A stretch of 64,000 bases of DNA from an uncultured Verrucomicrobiae bacterium. Lineage in GTDB: Bacteria; Verrucomicrobiota; Verrucomicrobiia; Chthoniobacterales; Chthoniobacteraceae. A program made the position numbers and the translations under genes. Shown one piece after another: positions 21,973-32,384 of the stretch. The notes beneath the pieces were generated by a model that was given only the letters and a program-made list of their open reading frames with translations, ran no database searches and was not told the origin of the DNA. Positions within the stretch are counted from its first letter, which is position 1. Every line of letters starts with the position of its first letter. The stretch covers positions 384,001 through 448,000 of the forward strand of contig CAVYKI010000006.1 in the NCBI GenBank assembly GCA_963769025.1. The letters run 5' to 3'.

Positions 21973-22715
21973 TCCAGACGAAAGGCCTCTCCAAAAATTT
22001 CGGCGCGCTCACGGCGGTGGATTCGCTCGACCTCGACGTGCCGCAGGGCGAGTTCTTCGCATTCCTCGGGCCGAATGGCGCGGGCAAGACGACGACGATC
22101 AAGATGCTCGCGGGCCTGCTGAAGCCGTCCGCGGGCTCGGCGAAGGTCGCGGGCTTTGACATCCAGCAGCAGCCGGAGCAGGCGAAGTCGCGGCTCGCCT
22201 ACGTGCCCGATTTTCCCTACACGTACGACAAGCTGACGGCGGTCGAGTTCATGCGGTTTGTCGGCGATATCTTCGGCATGGAGCCGCGCACCATCGAGGA
22301 GCGGATGGAGGCGCTGTTCGCCAGGTTTCACCTCAATGACTACCGGCACGAGCTCACCGAGAACCTCAGCCACGGCACTCGCCAGCGCCTCGTCATCAGC
22401 AGTGCGCTGCTGCACGATCCGACGGTGCTCGTCATCGACGAGCCGATGGTCGGCCTCGACCCGATGCATGCGCGGATTGTGAAGGAGGAATTCGAGGCGA
22501 GGTCGCGCGCCGGGATGACCATTTTCCTCAGCACGCACCAGCTCAGCGTCGCGGAGGAGCTGGCGGATCGCGTGGGAATCATCCACTGCGGGCGGCTCAT
22601 CGCGCTCGGCACGGTGGAGGAATTGCGCGAGATGAGCGTGGCGAAGGGCGGTCTGGAGAACGTGTTCCTCTCGCTCGTGGATGCGGAGGAGCGCGCGAGG
22701 GAAAAGACGCGGTAG
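21969..22715 (+). CDS. ABC transporter ATP-binding protein (ABC-2 exporter type)
   Basis: GPNGAGKTT, LSHGTRQR signature, VIDEP, STH. Confidence 0.93.
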   Translation: MIQTKGLSKNFGALTAVDSLDLDVPQGEFFAFLGPNGAGKTTTIKMLAGLLKPSAGSAKVAGFDIQQQPEQAKSRLAYVPDFPYTYDKLTAVEFMRFVGDIFGMEPRTIEERMEALFARFHLNDYRHELTENLSHGTRQRLVISSALLHDPTVLVIDEPMVGLDPMHARIVKEEFEARSRAGMTIFLSTHQLSVAEELADRVGIIHCGRLIALGTVEELREMSVAKGGLENVFLSLVDAEERAREKTR

Positions 22716-22755
22716 GACTGGATTTCCGGAGGCGTTTGCTGCTTTGTCGCCGCCC

Positions 22756-23874
22756 ATGTTTCAACTGCTCGGCACCGATCCTTCCTCGAAAGCGCGCCGC
22801 GGAATTTTGCGAACCAAGCGCGGCGACATCCAGACGCCGCAGTTCATGCCCGTGGGCACGCAGGGCACGGTGAAGGCCGTCTCGCCCGACGAACTCACGC
22901 AGCTCGGCGCGCAGATCATCCTCGGGAACACTTACCACCTTTTCGTCCGCCCCGGCATGGAGGTGATGAAAAAATTCGGCGGGCTGCACCGCTTCATGGG
23001 CTGGGACAAGCCGATCCTCACGGACAGCGGCGGCTTCCAGGTCTTCTCGCTCGCGAAGCTGCGCAAGATCACACCCGAGGGCGTGCATTTTCAAAATCAC
23101 CTCGACGGCTCGCCGATGTTCCTCGGCCCGCGCGAGGCGATGGAAATCCAGGCCGTGCTCGGCAGCGACATAGCCATGCTCTTCGATGAATGCCCGCCTC
23201 ATCCGTGCGAACGCGACTACGCCGCGAAGAGTCTCGCGCTCACGCTGAAGTGGGCCGCGATGTGCAAGGAGGTGGAGACGCCGGGGATGAAATTCGGCAT
23301 CGTGCAGGGCAGCAGCTATGCCGACCTGCGCCGCGAAAGCGCCGAGGCACTCGTGCAGATGGGCTTCGACGGATACGCAATCGGCGGCGTGAGCGTCGGC
23401 GAGTCCGAGCCGGAAATGATGGCCGCCGTTGAAGCCGCCGAGCCTTTTCTCCCCGCGGACAAACCGCGCTACGCGATGGGCCTCGGTACGCCGCCGCAGC
23501 TCGTGGAAATGGTCGCGCGCGGCGTGGACATGTTCGACTGCGTGCTGCCCACGCGCATCGCGCGCAACGGCACCGCCTTCACCGAGCGCGGCACGCTGAA
23601 CCTCAAGAACGCCGAGTTCACGATGGACGAAGGGCCGATCGAGGAAGGCTGCGAATGCCCCGCCTGCCGCAAGTTCGCGCGCGGCTACCTGCGGCATCTC
23701 CTGAAGGCCAACGAGATCCTCGGCCTGCGCCTCGTGACGCTGCACAACCTTCACTTTTACCTGAACCTCATGCGCCGCATCCGCGCGCACATCGAGGCGG
23801 GCACGTTTGCGGAGTTCCACAAGAAGTTCGTGAGCGAATACGTGCCGTGGAAGCCGGAGGAAGTGCCGGAGTAG
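22756..23874 (+). CDS. tgt: tRNA-guanine transglycosylase
   Basis: TPQFMPVGTQG, GNTYHL, TDSGGFQVFSL, DMFDCV, CECPAC...HN Zn site. Confidence 0.97.
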   Translation: MFQLLGTDPSSKARRGILRTKRGDIQTPQFMPVGTQGTVKAVSPDELTQLGAQIILGNTYHLFVRPGMEVMKKFGGLHRFMGWDKPILTDSGGFQVFSLAKLRKITPEGVHFQNHLDGSPMFLGPREAMEIQAVLGSDIAMLFDECPPHPCERDYAAKSLALTLKWAAMCKEVETPGMKFGIVQGSSYADLRRESAEALVQMGFDGYAIGGVSVGESEPEMMAAVEAAEPFLPADKPRYAMGLGTPPQLVEMVARGVDMFDCVLPTRIARNGTAFTERGTLNLKNAEFTMDEGPIEEGCECPACRKFARGYLRHLLKANEILGLRLVTLHNLHFYLNLMRRIRAHIEAGTFAEFHKKFVSEYVPWKPEEVPE

Positions 23875-23881
23875 ATCGACG

Positions 23882-25819
23882 CTACGACACCAGCGGCAGC
23901 AGCCTGCCCAGGAGGTCGCTGATTTTCACGCGTTCCTGCGAGCCGTCGTCGCGGTGGCGGAGGGTGACGGTGTCGAGCAGTTCGGGACCTTTTTCGCCGA
24001 GCGTGTCGAAGTCCACGGTGACGCAGAACGGCGTGCCGGCCTCGTCCTGGCGGGCGTAGCGTTTGCCGATGCTGCCGCCTTCGTCGTAGTCGGCGGCGAC
24101 GTGTTTTTTCAGCGTGTCGTAGATGGCGCGGGCCTTGGCGACGAGTTCGGGCTTGTTCTTCAGCAGCGGGAAGACGGCCACTTTCTTCGGCGCAATGCGC
24201 GGGTGAAAGCGCATGACGGTGAGCGTCTCCTTGTTGCCCTTCGCGTCGGTCTTTTCGACTTCGGTGTAGGCGAGCGTGAGCACGGCGAGCGCGAGGCGGT
24301 CGAGTCCGGCGCTGGGCTCGATTACGTGCGGGACGTAGAAGCCCTTGAAGAGCCGCTCGCACCACTCGGCAATTTTCTCCGCGGGCAGCACGCCTTTTTC
24401 CTTCGCGGAATTTTCGGCCTGCTTGCGGGCGACGAGCGCGGCGCGCTGCTCGGGCGTCCATTTGGCAAAGGCGAGCTTCACTTCCTCGTCGAAGACTTCG
24501 AGCGGTTTGCCGCAGGCATTCTGATGAGCGGTGAGATCGAAGTCGCCGCGCGCGGCGATGCCTTCCAGTTCCTCGGTGCCGAAGGGGAACTTGAACAGGA
24601 TGTCCACGCACGCGCGGGCGTAGTGCGCGAGGTCGCCTTTGCCCTGCCAGAAATAATCCAGCACGTCCGCGCCGAGGCCGATGCTGGCGTAGTACGCGGT
24701 GCGCTGCGCGACCCAGTAGCGGTGCCACATCTCCCAGCCCCAGTTTGGCTGCGGCGCGGAAAGGTCGGCGCCTTCGCTGTACTGCGCGACGCTGCCGCAC
24801 ACGGCCTCGATGGCCTCGTCGGGCTTGATGAAAAACTCCAGCTCCATCTGCTCGAACTCACGCGAGCGGAAGGTGAAATTGCGCGGCGTGACCTCGTTGC
24901 GAAACGCCTTGCCGATTTGGCAGATGCCGAACGGGACTTTCTGCCGCGTGGAATCCACGACATTCTTGAACTGCGCAAAGATCGCCTGCGCCGTCTCGGG
25001 GCGGAGATACGCCTTGTCGTCCTCCGACGCCGTCGCGCCAACGAACGTGTGAAACATGAGATTGAACGGCTTCGGCTCCGTGAGCTGCGCGCCGTTCTCG
25101 GGGTTGAAGCCGCGGGAGTTTTCGACCTTCGCGGTCGTCTCGCCGAGCAACGTCGGGTTCATCAGGCCGCGCGCGGTGTAAAATTGGAGCGCCACCTTGC
25201 GTGCGCTCTCCGGAGGTTTGCCGGGAGGGAGCAGCACGGAGAACGTTTCTTCGCGCCAGGACTCCAGCACGGACTCCACGATCTTTGCGACGGCGTTGTC
25301 GAGTGGCTCCACCTCGTGGGTCGCGTCCGGTTGGCTGAGCAGCGCGCGGACTTCGTTGGCGAGATCCGCCACATTCATCGCGGAGTTTTCACGGTGCTTC
25401 GCGAGGTGGCCGAGCAGGGCCTTGTAGCCGGTGGAGTCCGCCGGCACTTCCTCGCCAAGCGCGCCGACGTAGGAATAGACCGTGCCCGACTGCGGATCGA
25501 CGTGGTCGGCCCGGAAGCGCTTCTTCGTGACGAGGCAGTCCGCCATCGGATCGCTGAAGGTGTCCACATGGCCCGACGCCTTCCAGATGCCCGGGTGCAT
25601 GATGATGGTTGCATCGAGGCCCACGACATCTTCGCGGTCGCGCGTCATCGTGCGCCACCACGTGTCGCGGAGGTTGCGCTTCAGCTCCGCGCCGAGCGGG
25701 CCGTAGTCCCAGAAGCCGTTGATGCCACCGTAGATTTCCGAGCTTTGGAAAATGAAGCCGCGCCGTTTGCACAGGCTTACGATCTTTTCCATCAACGGGA
25801 TTTCTTTGGTCTGGCTCAT
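23882..25819 (-). CDS. glyQS: Glycine--tRNA ligase (alpha2 type), 645 aa with insertions
   Basis: IYGGING, LRPETAQ, GKAFRNE, FRSREFEQMELEFF, ELEGIAARGD, VIEPSAG, IGKRYARQDE. Confidence 0.95.
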   Translation of the reverse strand: MSQTKEIPLMEKIVSLCKRRGFIFQSSEIYGGINGFWDYGPLGAELKRNLRDTWWRTMTRDREDVVGLDATIIMHPGIWKASGHVDTFSDPMADCLVTKKRFRADHVDPQSGTVYSYVGALGEEVPADSTGYKALLGHLAKHRENSAMNVADLANEVRALLSQPDATHEVEPLDNAVAKIVESVLESWREETFSVLLPPGKPPESARKVALQFYTARGLMNPTLLGETTAKVENSRGFNPENGAQLTEPKPFNLMFHTFVGATASEDDKAYLRPETAQAIFAQFKNVVDSTRQKVPFGICQIGKAFRNEVTPRNFTFRSREFEQMELEFFIKPDEAIEAVCGSVAQYSEGADLSAPQPNWGWEMWHRYWVAQRTAYYASIGLGADVLDYFWQGKGDLAHYARACVDILFKFPFGTEELEGIAARGDFDLTAHQNACGKPLEVFDEEVKLAFAKWTPEQRAALVARKQAENSAKEKGVLPAEKIAEWCERLFKGFYVPHVIEPSAGLDRLALAVLTLAYTEVEKTDAKGNKETLTVMRFHPRIAPKKVAVFPLLKNKPELVAKARAIYDTLKKHVAADYDEGGSIGKRYARQDEAGTPFCVTVDFDTLGEKGPELLDTVTLRHRDDGSQERVKISDLLGRLLPLVS

Positions 25820-26030
25820 AAGGGCGGCGAAGATGCGTAGCGTGCAGGTGAGGCGCAAGCGGGAAGGCGGAGGGAGCATTTGGGAACAGGATCGTGCCCA
25901 TTCGATGAGGGGTTATCCGCCAGCAGTGACAGCGAACGCGCCCGGCGCCGTGCCGAACGAGGTGCAGGCGCTGCGAACGTGCAGCGGCGCGCTTGCGCCG
26001 GCATCGCGCCTGCATTACCATTTTGCCCTG

Positions 26031-27011
26031 ATGCCACGCTACGACGCCTACGCCGCACAGCCGCAACCACCGTCAGTCACGAGGGGATGGTTCATCTCCG
26101 CACTCACGGGGTCACTCGTCGTACACGCCGGGTTGGCCGTATTTTTTAACTTCAAGACGCTGGACAATTTCGGCCCGGTGGATCTGCCGCCCGCAAAGCC
26201 GGAGTCCACGCTGCATCGCGTAAAGATCATCGACGAGAAGCCGAACAAGAAGGACGAAGTGCGGACCGTCCTGCCGGACCGCAAGATTCCCGACAAAAAG
26301 TCGGACCTTACCTTGCCGAAGGAACTGCCCGCTCCGGACGAGATCAGCGTGGCACCGAAGCACAAGCAAATGGACACCTCGCAGCTCTTCGCGGACGAAA
26401 AGCCCGTGGTGGAAATGGCGAAGCTCAGCACGACTCCGAAGATCAATCAGGACGACTTGCTGCCGAAGCTGGACGATTCCTTTTTCAACTCCGGGCGCAC
26501 GGGCCCGAAGGTCGGCGCGCGTTACCAGAGCGACGTGGGACCGGATGGCGACGGGACCGCCCGAGCGATTCAGGTCGCGGGGCAGAACGTCGAGGGAATC
26601 CTGAGCGGCCTGACGAGCGGCACGGGTTCCAGCAGGCGTCTCTCGCTGCCGGGAAATCTCACTTTCGCCCATGATAACGCGGACGTGAGCAACGAGGGGC
26701 GCATCGAACTCGACAAGATCGCGCAGGCGTTGCGGAAATTCCTCGGTCCGGATCTCCAGAAGTCGATGTTCACGATCGAAGGCCACTCGGACCCTACCGG
26801 GACGGCTGAGTACAACCAGAAGCTGAGCGAACGGCGCGCGGAGTCGGTGAGGGCGTGGTTTGTGGCGAACATGGACGTGAATCCTGACCACGTGAAGACG
26901 ATCGGCTATGGTGCCACGCGGCCTGCCGAGGGCGTGCCGATGGAGGGCACCATCGAGCAAATGCAGGGGCACCGGCGGACGGAGATCGTGATTCGCCGGC
27001 CAAAGAAATGA
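26031..27011 (+). CDS. Membrane-anchored OmpA/MotB-type peptidoglycan-binding protein
   Basis: TM SLVVHAGLAVFF, Pro/Lys-rich linker, IEGHSD, YNQKLSERRAESV, GYG, RRTEI. Confidence 0.88.
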   Translation: MPRYDAYAAQPQPPSVTRGWFISALTGSLVVHAGLAVFFNFKTLDNFGPVDLPPAKPESTLHRVKIIDEKPNKKDEVRTVLPDRKIPDKKSDLTLPKELPAPDEISVAPKHKQMDTSQLFADEKPVVEMAKLSTTPKINQDDLLPKLDDSFFNSGRTGPKVGARYQSDVGPDGDGTARAIQVAGQNVEGILSGLTSGTGSSRRLSLPGNLTFAHDNADVSNEGRIELDKIAQALRKFLGPDLQKSMFTIEGHSDPTGTAEYNQKLSERRAESVRAWFVANMDVNPDHVKTIGYGATRPAEGVPMEGTIEQMQGHRRTEIVIRRPKK

Positions 27012-27262
27012 CGGATGGGCTGCCCGCTGGGCTGGCGAGATTTGTCGCTGCGGTCCTGGGGGATGAGGCGTTGCAACTTTGGTTTGAGAGACTCGAGGAC
27101 GCCGCTCCGGGGGCCCGCGCGGCGGAATTTCTCCACACGGCGTGCAAGTTGCGCGACGGTGGGGGCGACGACGAAGTCGCCCATGCGACCATCTTTTTCG
27201 CCGCACCCTGTGCGTATGAGGCCACGCTTGCCTCCATCCGTCGTGCGATATTGTCCCCGTGA
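27008..27262 (+). CDS. Hypothetical protein (84 aa)
   Basis: ATGA overlap with OmpA gene stop; fills the gap before ribBA. Confidence 0.5.
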   Translation: MTDGLPAGLARFVAAVLGDEALQLWFERLEDAAPGARAAEFLHTACKLRDGGGDDEVAHATIFFAAPCAYEATLASIRRAILSP

Positions 27263-27309
27263 CGCTTTCGCACTTTGATTTGCCGCACGCTGCCCGCAAT
27301 CTCCCGCAA

Positions 27310-28518
27310 ATGCCCGCATCACCAAAGTTCGACTCCATCGAGGACGCCATCCGCGACATCCGCGCGGGACGCATTGTCATCGTGACGGACGACGCGGACC
27401 GGGAAAACGAGGGCGATCTCGTGATGGCCGCGGAAAAGGTGACGCCCGCAACGGTCAACTTCATGGCCACGCACGGTCGGGGGCTCATCTGCGCGCCGAT
27501 CACCGAGGCGCGTGCCGAGGCGCTCGGCCTTGAGCGCATGACGCGCGAGAACCGGGAGACGCATAAGACGGACTTCACCGTCGCGGTGGATGCCGCGAAG
27601 GGAATCACGACGGGCATCAGCGCGCCCGACCGTGCGCGGACGATCAGCGTCCTTGCCAGCCGGAGTTCCGTGCCGGCGGATCTCGTCCAGCCCGGTCACA
27701 TTTTTCCTCTGCGTGCGAAGGATGGCGGCGTGCTGCGTCGCGCCGGACACACCGAGGCCAGCGTGGATCTCGCGCGACTCGCGGGACTCCAGCCGGCCGC
27801 GGTCATCTGCGAAATCATGAATGCCGACGGCTCCATGGCGCGTCTGCCGGAGCTGCTCGCCTTCAAGAAAAAGCACAAGCTGAAGCTGTGCAGCATCAGT
27901 GATCTCATCGCCTACCGTCGGCGGAGCGAGCGCCTCGTGGAGCGGGAGCAGGTGATCAAGATGCCCACGCAGTTTGGAGAATTCGACCTGCACCTCTACC
28001 GGTCCCTCGTGGACGGCGCGCATCACCTCGCGCTGGTGAAGGGCGCCATCTCCGCGAAGCGCCCGGCGCTCGTGCGCGTCCACAGCGAATGCCTCACCGG
28101 CGACGTGCTCGCCTCGCTGCGCTGCGATTGCGGCACGCAGCTCCACCGCGCGCTGCAGTTCATCGAGAAAGCCGGCAACGGCGTGCTGCTCTACATGCGG
28201 CAGCACGAGGGCCGCGGCATCGGCCTCCCTGCAAAAATCCACGCCTACAAACTGCAGGAGGCGGGGCTCGATACGGTGGAGGCCAACCTCAAGCTCGGCT
28301 TTGCGCCCGAGCTGCGCGACTACGGTGTGGGCGCGCAGATTCTCTACGATCTCGGCGTGCGGAAAATGCGTTTCATGACGAACAACCCGAAGAAGGTGAT
28401 CGGCCTCGAGGGCTACGGATTGAAAATCGTCGAGGTCGTCCCGCTGAAGTCCGTGCCGAACCGGCACAACGCAAAATATCTCGAAACCAAGCGGCTCAAG
28501 ATGGGCCACCTCCTTTAG
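27310..28518 (+). CDS. ribBA: Bifunctional DHBP synthase / GTP cyclohydrolase II
   Basis: DDADRENEGD, GHTEA, RVHSECLTGD, CDCG, EGRGIG, TNNPKK. Confidence 0.97.
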   Translation: MPASPKFDSIEDAIRDIRAGRIVIVTDDADRENEGDLVMAAEKVTPATVNFMATHGRGLICAPITEARAEALGLERMTRENRETHKTDFTVAVDAAKGITTGISAPDRARTISVLASRSSVPADLVQPGHIFPLRAKDGGVLRRAGHTEASVDLARLAGLQPAAVICEIMNADGSMARLPELLAFKKKHKLKLCSISDLIAYRRRSERLVEREQVIKMPTQFGEFDLHLYRSLVDGAHHLALVKGAISAKRPALVRVHSECLTGDVLASLRCDCGTQLHRALQFIEKAGNGVLLYMRQHEGRGIGLPAKIHAYKLQEAGLDTVEANLKLGFAPELRDYGVGAQILYDLGVRKMRFMTNNPKKVIGLEGYGLKIVEVVPLKSVPNRHNAKYLETKRLKMGHLL

Positions 28519-28536
28519 CGCATCGCGCGACCGATC

Positions 28537-29727
28537 GTGAGTGCGCCGAAGAGCATCGCCGTGATTGGCGGCGGTCCCGCCGGATTGCGTGCGGCGGAAG
28601 TCGCCGCGGTGGCGGGCGCGAAAGTCACGGTGTACGACGCGCAGCGTTCCGTCGGCCGGAAGTTCCTCATCGCCGGAAAGAGCGGGCTGAATCTCACGAA
28701 CACCGCGGCTCCGGAGGAATTCGTCAGCGCTTATTCCGGAGGTGAAATGCGCGCGCATTTCTGGCGGGACTGCCTTGCGGAATTTGACAGCGCCGCGCTC
28801 CGAAAATGGGCTGCGGCGCTCGGCGTGGAGACGTTCGCATCATCGAGCGGCAAGGTTTTTCCGACGCTGATGAAGGCCGCACTCCTGCTGACGCGGTGGA
28901 TTGCGCGGCTTCGGACGCTCGGAGTAACGTTTGAGATGAATCACCGCTGGACGGGGTTGCGTCCCGGCCCGCCGCCGGAAGTGCTCTTTCAGGATGAGAT
29001 GTCCGGCCATGCACACGATGCCACCGTCCTCGCGCTCGGCGGCGCCTCATGGCCGGAGACGGGGTCGGACGGCGGATGGGTTGCGATCCTCCAGGCGCTC
29101 GGCGTTGCCGTGCGTCCGCTGCAGGCGGCGAATTGCGGTTGGGAATGCGCGTGGACGCCGGAGACTCGGGAGAGGGTGGAGGGACAGCCGTTGCATAATC
29201 TGCACGTGAGGGCGGGGGACGCGCTCGCCATCGGCGAGGTGATGCCCACGCGCTACGGCTTCGAGGGCACGCCGATTTATGGTCTCGGCCGGACGCTGCG
29301 TGCCATGGACGCACCGGAGATCCGGATCGATTTCAAGCCCACGTTCACCGCCGTGCAACTGGTGAAGAAGATGGAATCCGCCCGTCGCAATTTCCTGAAG
29401 GAGGCGGAGGCGCGATGGAAGCTCCCTGCGGCAGCATGCGCGATCCTCGAACAATTCCACGGACCGTTCGATTCCTCGGAGAAGCTGGCTGCGGCGGCGA
29501 AGGACTGCCGCATCCCGCTTGTCGGCCCGCGTCCGATTGCCGAGGCAATTTCCACCGCGGGCGGCGTGTGCTGGAGCGAACTTGACGAACGCCTGATGCT
29601 CAAAAAGCTCCCCGGCGTTTTTTGCGCTGGCGAGATGATCGACTGGGAGGCGCCGACGGGCGGGTTCCTGCTGCAGGGATGCTTCGCGACCGGCACGCGG
29701 GCGGGGAGGGCGGCGGCGGAGTGGTGA
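28537..29727 (+). CDS. BaiN/HI0933-like flavoprotein (TIGR03862-like)
   Basis: [52 protein letters not shown]. Confidence 0.9.
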   Translation: MSAPKSIAVIGGGPAGLRAAEVAAVAGAKVTVYDAQRSVGRKFLIAGKSGLNLTNTAAPEEFVSAYSGGEMRAHFWRDCLAEFDSAALRKWAAALGVETFASSSGKVFPTLMKAALLLTRWIARLRTLGVTFEMNHRWTGLRPGPPPEVLFQDEMSGHAHDATVLALGGASWPETGSDGGWVAILQALGVAVRPLQAANCGWECAWTPETRERVEGQPLHNLHVRAGDALAIGEVMPTRYGFEGTPIYGLGRTLRAMDAPEIRIDFKPTFTAVQLVKKMESARRNFLKEAEARWKLPAAACAILEQFHGPFDSSEKLAAAAKDCRIPLVGPRPIAEAISTAGGVCWSELDERLMLKKLPGVFCAGEMIDWEAPTGGFLLQGCFATGTRAGRAAAEW

Positions 29728-29755
29728 CTGGAACGAGCGTCCGAGCGACCCGAGC

Positions 29756-30616
29756 CTACGGCCACGACTTGCTTGCCTTGTCGTCCGGAAAACCTGGCGG
29801 GACTTTCTGCGTGACCTTCCCGGTCGCCGCCCACTCGGTGCCCCGCTGGAACGTGACGGCAAATGCGACGCAGTGCACCGCCTCGTCGCCATGGCCGAGC
29901 GCCGTGTGAAAGACGCGGCCTTTGCCGTAAGGGATCGCCATGAGCAGCGGTTCCTCTTCGCCGCTGCCGCCCGTTTCCGTCTGGGCCTTTGCGCTGGCGA
30001 GCACGGTCACGTCCTTGGCCGGTCCGCGCAGGCGGTCGTAGAGTTCGTCCTGCCGGTGCATGAATGCGGCGGGCAGGCCCTGCATGATCGGATGCTGCGG
30101 TGCGCGGTTGTTCAGCACGAACTCATGCTGCTTGCCGTGGCTGCCACCGCGTCCGGCCGAGGTGTCGAAGGTCCATTTTCCGTCGCGGAAGCGCAGGTAT
30201 GGCCCGCTTTTCTCGTTGCGGCCGCCCCAGCCGCCGACTCCGATCATTTCGTTGTAAGCTTTCCATTCGGAGAACGCGTTGTTCGCGGCATGCACCGGCA
30301 CGAAGCCGCCGCCGCCGCTCACATAATTTTCAAAGGCCGTCTGCGTTTCGGGCGACCACAGCTCGCCGTTGTAGTTCGAGACGACCACGGCGTAATCCGC
30401 AAATTTCGGCTGCCATGCCTCGATGCCCTTGCCCTTCTCCGGCGACGTGGACACGTCCACGCTGAAGATCCCCGGCGCTTCGAGGATCTGTTTCAGCACC
30501 GGCGAGATCATCGCCCACTTGTGGTTATTCTGTCCGTCCACGATGAGGACTTTGATTTTTTCCGCAGCGGTGGCCGAGACGGCGAAGGCGATGGATGCGA
30601 GGAGGAATGTTTTCAT
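29756..30616 (-). CDS. Secreted ThuA domain protein
   Basis: Signal peptide, VDGQNNH, GGGFVPVHAA, DELY, GRVFHTALGH. Confidence 0.88.
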   Translation of the reverse strand: MKTFLLASIAFAVSATAAEKIKVLIVDGQNNHKWAMISPVLKQILEAPGIFSVDVSTSPEKGKGIEAWQPKFADYAVVVSNYNGELWSPETQTAFENYVSGGGGFVPVHAANNAFSEWKAYNEMIGVGGWGGRNEKSGPYLRFRDGKWTFDTSAGRGGSHGKQHEFVLNNRAPQHPIMQGLPAAFMHRQDELYDRLRGPAKDVTVLASAKAQTETGGSGEEEPLLMAIPYGKGRVFHTALGHGDEAVHCVAFAVTFQRGTEWAATGKVTQKVPPGFPDDKASKSWP

Positions 30617-30719
30617 GGGGTCGCGAAACTGACGCCTCCGTGCAGACGTGGCAAGCTGCGGGAGAAAAGCGCGTCCGCTTCATTGCCCGGCGCGTTCTTC
30701 CTGTTACCCTCGGCGCATT

Positions 30720-32249
30720 ATGGCATTCGGCTCATTCCGCGATTTTGTGCAGCACCTCGACAGGGCGGGGGAATTGAAGCGCATCTCCGCGCCGGTCGCG
30801 ACCGAGCTGGAAATCACCGAACTGGCGAACCGCGAGATGAAGTCGCCCGATGGCGGGAAGGCGCTGCTCATCGAGCAGCCGACCATCAATGGCGTGGTGT
30901 CGCCATTCCCCGTGGCGATCAACACGATGGGTTCGCATAAGCGAATGGCGATGAGCATGGGCGCAAATTCCGTGGACGAGGTCGCCGCAGAGCTCGGATC
31001 GCTGATGAAGGCGAAACCGCCGACCACTTTCCGCCAGACGCTGAAGCTCCTCGGCCAGGCACTCGAACTCCGTCACGCGCGACCAAAGATCGTGAAGGAC
31101 GGTCCGTGCAAGGAAGTGATTCATAAGTATGAAGGCGGAAGGATGAAGCATGAAGGATGGCCCAAGGCGCCGGATGTCGCCGACCCTTCATCCTTCGGAC
31201 TTCATCCTCCGACTTTGCTGAACCTCCCCATCCTCAAATGCTGGCCGCTCGACGGCGGGCGCTTCATCACTCTGCCCTGCGTCGTCACGAAGGATCCCGA
31301 CACCGGCGAGCGCAACGTCGGCATGTATCGCATCCAAATTTACGACGACCGCAACACCGGCATGCACTGGCAGCTTCAGAAAGTCGGCGCGCGTCACGGG
31401 CGGCGCTACTACGAGAGAGGTGAGCGCATGCCTGTCAGCATTTTTCTCGGAGGCGATCCGATGTTTCCTTTTGCCGCAACCGCGCCGCTGCCTGATGGCC
31501 TCGATGAGTATTTGCTCGCGGGGTATTTGCGGAAGAAGTCCGTCGAGCTGGTGAAGTGCGAGACGAACGACCTCGAAGTCCCCGCGAATTCCGACTTTGT
31601 CATCGAAGGCTACGTGGACCCGACCGAACCGTTGCGCGACGAAGGCCCGTTCGGCGATCACACCGGTTATTACACGTTGCCCGAGCCGTATCCCGTCTTC
31701 CACGTCACCGCCATCACGCACCGCAAGGACGCCGTCTATCCCGCCACCATCGTCGGCATCCCGCCGATGGAGGACTTCTACATCGGCGGCGCATCCGTGA
31801 AGCTCTTCCTGCCCATCTTCAAGATGAACTTCCCCGAGATCGCGGACATCGCGCTGCCGGCCGAAGGCGTCTTCCACAACCTCGTCTTTGTCAGCATCAA
31901 GAAGACCTATCCGATGCAGGCCTACAAAATCATGCACGGCCTCTGGGGCATGGGGCAGATGATGTTCAGCAAGTACATCATCGTGGTGGATGACGACGTG
32001 GATGTGCACAACACGAGCGATGTGATCTTCCGCCTCTGCGCCAATACCGACCCGCAGCGCGACAGCATCTTCACCAAAGGCCCGTCCGACGTGCTCGACC
32101 ACGCAACGAGTGAAATCGCCAGCGGCAGCAAACTCGGCATCGATGCGACGAAGAAATTGCCGGGCGAGGGCTTCAAGCGCGCGTGGCCGCCGCTCATCAA
32201 GATGGATGCTGCGGTGAAGGCGAAGGTGGAAAAGCTTTTCGGTACGTAA
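30720..32249 (+). CDS. UbiD family decarboxylase (menaquinone/futalosine-associated type)
   Basis: RNVGMYR, EGPFGDHTGYY, GKPP-like GIPPMED, SKLGIDAT; mqnA and mqnE in window. Confidence 0.92.
   Translation: MAFGSFRDFVQHLDRAGELKRISAPVATELEITELANREMKSPDGGKALLIEQPTINGVVSPFPVAINTMGSHKRMAMSMGANSVDEVAAELGSLMKAKPPTTFRQTLKLLGQALELRHARPKIVKDGPCKEVIHKYEGGRMKHEGWPKAPDVADPSSFGLHPPTLLNLPILKCWPLDGGRFITLPCVVTKDPDTGERNVGMYRIQIYDDRNTGMHWQLQKVGARHGRRYYERGERMPVSIFLGGDPMFPFAATAPLPDGLDEYLLAGYLRKKSVELVKCETNDLEVPANSDFVIEGYVDPTEPLRDEGPFGDHTGYYTLPEPYPVFHVTAITHRKDAVYPATIVGIPPMEDFYIGGASVKLFLPIFKMNFPEIADIALPAEGVFHNLVFVSIKKTYPMQAYKIMHGLWGMGQMMFSKYIIVVDDDVDVHNTSDVIFRLCANTDPQRDSIFTKGPSDVLDHATSEIASGSKLGIDATKKLPGEGFKRAWPPLIKMDAAVKAKVEKLFGT
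31127..31214. repeat. Inverted 7-bp tandem repeat element within the UbiD ORF
   Basis: Left arm gtatgaa-ggcggaa-ggatgaa-gcatgaa; right arm ttcatcc-ttcggac-ttcatcc-tccgact. Confidence 0.75.
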
Positions 32250-32384
32250 CCGCCGAGGTGGTGGAGGCTCAGGCCGAGTGAGCTTTCAACCCTTTTCACG
32301 GCAGCCGGCCGCAATGCGGTCGCGGGCCTTGGCAGATGGGCACAATCGCGATCCCTCTGCCGCGCATTTTTTGTCCGCCGATCC

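Noticed and set aside
23954..25840. Long antisense ORFs (e.g. 628 aa opposite glyQS, 608 aa opposite the TPR gene, 587 aa opposite the sulfatase)
   Set aside because: Shadow ORFs expected from high GC3 codon bias; no recognisable motifs.
27259..27310. FMN riboswitch upstream of ribBA
   Set aside because: Under 50 nt of intergenic space and no RFN consensus; looks like a leaderless promoter (CAATCT-7-ATG).
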